Source of the DNA: Hydrurus foetidus
Taxonomy: Eukaryota
Length of the DNA stretch: 54,463 nucleotides
Assembly: GCA_900617105.1 (NCBI GenBank)
Contig: UYFQ01000117.1
Span: 1 to 54,463 of the forward strand
Direction: 5' to 3'
Made by a program: the position numbers and the translations under genes. The notes under the pieces were generated by a model that was given only the letters and a program-made list of their open reading frames with translations, had not been told where the DNA came from and did no database searches. Below, piece by piece: positions 49,431 to 54,463 of the stretch. The stretch's first letter is position 1. The number at the start of each line of letters is the position of its first letter.

Positions 49431-49638
49431 TGTAGTCCTGATGGGAAAGAAGATGGGCAGAAGAGCGGGTTGTGCTTAGGTTACAGGCTAGGCTAGAAGC
49501 TAGTTAACTTCTACGAGTAGGCTGCAGCTAGCTAGCTAGTCGTGGTAGGGCTGTATGTGTACTGTAGGCGGAAGGATCGGGTGGATCGTGACGAGGTCCG
49601 GTACGGCCCGTAGGCCCGGTATACCCGGTACGACCACA
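49431..49638 (-). repeat. 3' LTR of element B
   Basis: 208 bp, TG…CA; differs from the 5' LTR only at 49592 (C) versus 51952 (T). Confidence 0.95.
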
Positions 49639-49661
49639 TTTCCCCCACTTATCTCTTTTTT
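49639..49661 (-). other. Polypurine tract of element B
   Basis: Minus-strand AAAAAAGAGATAAGTGGGGGAAA abuts the 3' LTR. Confidence 0.8.
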
Positions 49662-49887
49662 GAAGAAATCTAATCTATAACGCGACCACCACGTTTAAAA
49701 ATATGATAACTAATAATAACTACAGAAAGGAAAAGAAAATTTAACTAAAACTAAATGAAAAATATAATAAAAATATATACAAAATATATACAAAATATAA
49801 ACTGTGGTGGGTCGGTCGACGAGAAAAGTGGTGCCTAGTACGTAAGTACATGTGCCCGAGGCCTCAATACGTAATTATGTCAGATTT

Positions 49888-51231
49888 TCACTGACTAAAC
49901 CATAAAACCTCCATAGAGGGAAAATTAGGAAAAATCTTCAAAAGATAATACGTTTTACCTTGGTTCCCCTGGTTTTGGTTATACCCCCCTTGTCCCTGGT
50001 TGGAACGATCTGAACCACCAGAGGCATTGGGGTTGTTACCGCCACCATGGCTGTTTTTGGGGCGCTTGTTGTCGTTAGACATCAAGTAGGGTTTAGAACC
50101 CTTAGGGAGTAGCAGAACGCGATCTTCGTATCCTGGGAGTACGAGATGCTGTTGCCATTCTGCGAACCCTACCGCTGCCCAAGCCATACCCAAAGTAGAA
50201 TCCTCCCAATCAGCCGAATGGTCTGTATTGGAGTCGGAGTAATACAGGATGGGACAGTCAAGCAACATGTGCGTCTTAGACCCGCACGAACGGCACGCTA
50301 GTAAGTTCGGTACGAACGGCACTTCCGTCGACGCACGGACAGCGAGTCCGTGCTGAGTCGGAATGTACGAGCCCGTTGTACGCACAGTCGCTGTAAGTGA
50401 CTTAGACGTCCCGGATGGAGTAGGTGAGGGTGCCTTAACACTAGCTCTGCTTGTCTCTTTTTTACCAACCTCAGGCGGAATAGCCGATGAAGGGAACGAG
50501 TACACTACCTCCAGGTTGCCGTAGCTCTTGATGAGGTTCGTCATCGACCTAGCCTCGGCCAGAACCTGACCGATGCGTAGCATTGTCTTTAACCACGTCC
50601 ACGTGTTAGGTGGTGAGATGTCAGCTGCTTTCGCCTTCAGGTAGTCTTGTTGAATTTGACTACCTTTAGCTAGGCGCTTCTCCAGGATCTGAATAAGCTC
50701 AGCATGCTGAGTCATAGTCAGAGGGCCCTTGGACCTCTCATAGTTGCTCACTAATTCGTTGTAGCGAATAAAAGTGGCATTCTCATGATCGTGGTAGGGA
50801 ATTTGGCTAAAACTCTCTGCCAAAGTACACTCCCCCAAACCATTTGGGCAGAAGTACTTCACTACAAGGGTGGCTACCTGAGTCACCGATAATATGGTGA
50901 ACCAATCATGACGTTGTCGACGATCAATGATGTTGAATTCAGGATCGACTAAGATTTTGAAGTTCAGTAGTTCGATTGCCTGCTTCTGCATACAGTCCGT
51001 CAACTTCATGTTGGGATTGCGTTGAGCCTGTTCGTAGAATTCAATGGCATCAGCTTCATCAATGAAGTTGTGTCTGAGCACGAATACCTCACTCTGGAGT
51101 TGCATCGTCAGCCAGCTGTTACCAAACAATGAACTGTTGTTTGGAATAGATTCATTGAGGGCAGCCAACGCTGCGAGACGAGCAATCTCCTCCTCATCAA
51201 GAGGTGGTGGAGATGGAGGTGCGGCGGACAT
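49888..51231 (-). CDS. gag: Gypsy Gag with CCHC knuckle (intact 447-aa ORF)
   Basis: CRSCGSKTHMLLDC; colinear with the element A gag and continues in frame into the G/N/Q tail. Confidence 0.87.
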   Translation of the reverse strand: MSAAPPSPPPLDEEEIARLAALAALNESIPNNSSLFGNSWLTMQLQSEVFVLRHNFIDEADAIEFYEQAQRNPNMKLTDCMQKQAIELLNFKILVDPEFNIIDRRQRHDWFTILSVTQVATLVVKYFCPNGLGECTLAESFSQIPYHDHENATFIRYNELVSNYERSKGPLTMTQHAELIQILEKRLAKGSQIQQDYLKAKAADISPPNTWTWLKTMLRIGQVLAEARSMTNLIKSYGNLEVVYSFPSSAIPPEVGKKETSRASVKAPSPTPSGTSKSLTATVRTTGSYIPTQHGLAVRASTEVPFVPNLLACRSCGSKTHMLLDCPILYYSDSNTDHSADWEDSTLGMAWAAVGFAEWQQHLVLPGYEDRVLLLPKGSKPYLMSNDNKRPKNSHGGGNNPNASGGSDRSNQGQGGYNQNQGNQGKTYYLLKIFPNFPSMEVLWFSQ

Positions 51232-51790
51232 ATCGCTACTAGATATGTATCTCGCTTAAACACAGCAGAGATCAATCCCCCGTTGTCAAAAAAAATTTGC
51301 AAGGGGTTTGCCTTGTTCACAAACGGGTACTGTTTCGTCAGTAACAACGCGTTAGAGAATTCTAACCAACTCTTGAACTGAAAAGTCCAATGGCGTAAGA
51401 GCCAAATTCTGAGTGGTAGAAAAAGTGGGTACCTTTTAAGGTATACGCTGCTGCTTTTCAGCGACAAGAAGACGTCTCTTGACTAATCTTATGTCGGCGG
51501 TGATGAATCCGTGATTCAATCGACCGTCAGAGCAGATCTTTAATGAATCTCGGGAAGGATCTTTCGACTTCGACCGGAAACTTAAAGAATGGAAGAGCCC
51601 AAACTTAGGGATTCCAAGAAAGCAGGTATGCTGACTTTCTCTAACTTAAACTACGGTTCTCTGAGCTCGAAGCTGCAAGAGAAATCGGCCAGTGGCGGAC
51701 GAGCGATAGCTCAGGAAGTCTTATCTAAAAGTTCTGGACGAGTAGATGGACTGAGAGGTAGTAGAAGAAAGGGCGGACGAATAGCGCTAT

Positions 51791-51998
51791 TGTAGTCCTG
51801 ATGGGAAAGAAGATGGGCAGAAGAGCGGGTTGTGCTTAGGTTACAGGCTAGGCTAGAAGCTAGTTAACTTCTACGAGTAGGCTGCAGCTAGCTAGCTAGT
51901 CGTGGTAGGGCTGTATGTGTACTGTAGGCGGAAGGATCGGGTGGATCGTGATGAGGTCCGGTACGGCCCGTAGGCCCGGTATACCCGGTACGACCACA
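51791..51998 (-). repeat. 5' LTR of element B
   Basis: Direct repeat of 49431-49638. Confidence 0.95.
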
Positions 51999-54463
51999 CC
52001 AGTCAAATATTTATTCAATCTCATAAACACCGTGTGACTACCTTCTAATGGCATATCGCTATTTAAAAATGCTCCTGGAAAATCTATCGTAGCTAATGAT
52101 CGATTCTCTTTCGCAGCAATTGAAGCAATAATAAACACACTAGTAGTACTAACAGTAGGTGAAGAGCCATTATCATAAATATCTCTATCCTGTTAGTGAC
52201 CTCCTGCAACTAATCTTGATTTTAACTTATCAAATTTACCTTCAGCAGTGTATTTATCTTTCAAAAACATACTACTGGTAATGATGTTGTTACGTTGTGA
52301 TGGTGTAAGTGAATTAATCAACACTCCTTCCCACACATCCTTCTCACACATCTGTTGCATCTCTTTCCTAATGGAATCGACAGCTATATCACCTAACTTA
52401 TCGATACCGTCTTTAACAGTCATGTTAAAAGCATATGAACAATCAAGGCGATGCAACACTTCAGGTATACAACATCCTATGTTCCTATTTCCTCTCTTTG
52501 ATACCCATCTACCTGGTTGGTGATTTCTAGCACTTCGTCTCAATGCAGGTTGTTCTATCTCAGGTAGTTCATCGGTAAGTACGTCATCTACTGTGTACGT
52601 ATCTTCTATGGCATCAACAGTTTCATCATATGTAAGTACATTGTCATCAACGTACGTGCTGTCTACATCAGGTGCATCATATTCCATCGCAACATCGTCA
52701 TGTTCAACAGGTTCAAAATCAGCATCATCAGTATCTAGCTGCGCTGCATAATCATCCATCATGGCATCGTTATCAGGCATATCATTAATATTATTTTCAT
52801 CAGTCATCATTTGCACATCAGATCACTGGGGCAACACAAGCGATTCAGCATCATATGAATCATCATACATTTCATCTGAATGTGGTGTGGCTGAATTACT
52901 AAATCTTCTCATATTATTATTATAGATTTTCTCATCGTCATAATCTAGTCCATCATCCACTATCAAACGCCTATTCTGTTCAAACACAGGTTGATTAGTG
53001 TTATTACCCTTATTAATGTTTCTCTTATCAGATAATCCATTAAGGTAACTAATCACTTCATCAGGCATAGGTAGTGATGTGGCTCTAGATTGCCTGCACT
53101 CATTAGAGCGATGGCACCTGAAGTTCTGGCTTTATTACTGTTATCAATATTATCAGAGTGCACTTGTACATAGTCACCAAAACCATGTTTCAGTTCTTTA
53201 TCTACATTTATCTTTCTACCGTATAGTTTCTCTCTGGGGCTGACGTAGTCTACGATATTCCTCGTCGGAACTAACACTATACGGTTAGCAGCATATCTAA
53301 CTAAACATCCTTCTAACTTCTCAGTTAGTCTAAATGGTAGTGTGTTGATTACTGCTCTAACTCTTTCTTTAATCTGTCTGATCTTACGCTCAACTTCGGT
53401 AACTGCCTCACCTGCACCTGTCGTGTCTAATGCAGTACCTATTGTAGCTAACTTAGTCTCAAACCATACTGAATTGATAGCGCCCTCTCCATCAACTCTG
53501 ACTAAATTTAAATTGAAACCATACTTAGTTATGTGTCTAATATCGCTCTCTAAGCTAGTCCACAGTGTAAGATTGGCTCTATTATTTAACATATTTACCA
53601 TAGTATACTCTAATGGCTTAATAACGGCAATTAAAAATGGGTTGCCGTTAACAAACATAATGTCTATATACATGATTTGATCTCTCTGTCGTATATTATC
53701 GAACAGTGGTTGCTCCTCTTCAACCTGTGCCTGATGGCTTGGCGTTTTTCCCTTTAGGGAGCCTAAGTCAGGACCCCAGATATCCAAAGATCTAACTACA
53801 TCTTGTGCTGTTATCTCACTGTTAACTAGTTTACCTTGTCCTATCAGCTTAATTAACTGTCCTGGACTAGCGTATCCTAATTTCCTCTGGTATTTTCCAG
53901 CTAGCTCAGCTTGTTTTACCTGTCTGACTGTATATTTCTTCATCTTATCATTAACTGTTGTAACTAACATTAACTTAGGCTTACTTACCATAGTGTCTAA
54001 GTTACATATATATATTATATTTTTCATCCCTGTTAAAATAATAACAGCATCCGCCTCTTTTAATCCGCAAAGTATAGAAATCGCTCCCACTACCATACTT
54101 CATAGAGTAGCAATTGTTTACCATGTTAGCAAAAGACAAGCTATACAATCAAGGTCATAGTAAGCTAATCCAAAGTCCGTCGTCCCGCGTTCTCTGATTA
54201 CCATCGGCTCTCCTCTACTGTTAACTCCCTTTACTACCATGGGTGTATCAGAGGGCACTATGTCATAGAACAGTGTGGCAGTTCTAAATACGGAGTCACT
54301 AGCACAGGTGTCAAGCAGCAATTGATTATCTGCAAATACATCAGAATTATTCGTGATATCTATACTAAATATGTTGCTATCTACTGCTAGTATCTCTGAG
54401 ACTGGGGCTTCATCATCTATAAATTTAATTTGTACATATTTAGATATTTGTACGTGCTTAACA
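51999..54463 (-). pseudogene. pol: Copia protease, integrase, acidic linker and RT N-terminus
   Basis: Motifs LLDTCASDSVF; QRKLGYAS; YIDIMFV, RVDGEG, VERKIRQIKE; LRRSAR; KLKSRLVAGGH; IDFPGAFLN. Fragmented by stops and frameshifts. Confidence 0.9.

Larger units (their letters stand above)
49431..51998 (-). mobile_element. Gag-only non-autonomous Gypsy derivative B (2568 bp, TR-GAG-like), young insertion
   Basis: LTRs 49431-49638 and 51791-51998 match at 207/208; 4-bp TSD CCAG (49427-49430 and 51999-52002); PPT present; single gag ORF, no pol. Confidence 0.93.
47612..54463 (-). mobile_element. Ty1/Copia LTR retrotransposon, decayed; 5' end beyond the window; interrupted by Gypsy element B
   Basis: Domain order PR (LLDTCAS) - IN - RT - RH is the Copia order; multiple stops and frameshifts. 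The 3' boundary is tentative. Confidence 0.9.

Noticed and set aside
51896..52138. 80-aa ORF as an independent gene
   Set aside because: It is a chimera of Copia RT reading into the LTR of Gypsy element B.

Overview
Eukaryotic nuclear DNA (GT-AG introns; a protist such as a stramenopile is plausible but cannot be shown from this window), dominated by nested transposable elements around a ~6 kb island of two host genes: a 15-exon CDC45 (+) and a coiled-coil gene (-). Left to right: (1) the 5' LTR of a Gypsy element inserted into the integrase of a second, frameshifted Gypsy (to 6045); (2) a PIF/Harbinger transposon (6817-27060) whose transposase carries an internal 356-bp segment amplified to exactly 47 near-identical tandem copies (16.7 kb); (3) a Mutator-like non-autonomous element with 72-bp TIRs and a 9-bp TSD; (4) the two host genes; (5) a tyrosine-recombinase (DIRS-order) retroelement with an internal 51-bp minisatellite; (6) a decayed pogo-type DD35D transposase; (7) a MITE; (8) a decayed Copia interrupted by a young gag-only Gypsy derivative. 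The two most notable signals are the transposase-derived nascent satellite and the three distinct Gypsy 5' LTRs that have a 12-bp palindrome with a compensatory base-pair change where a tRNA primer-binding site is expected. All calls come from motif reading by eye; no searches were run.
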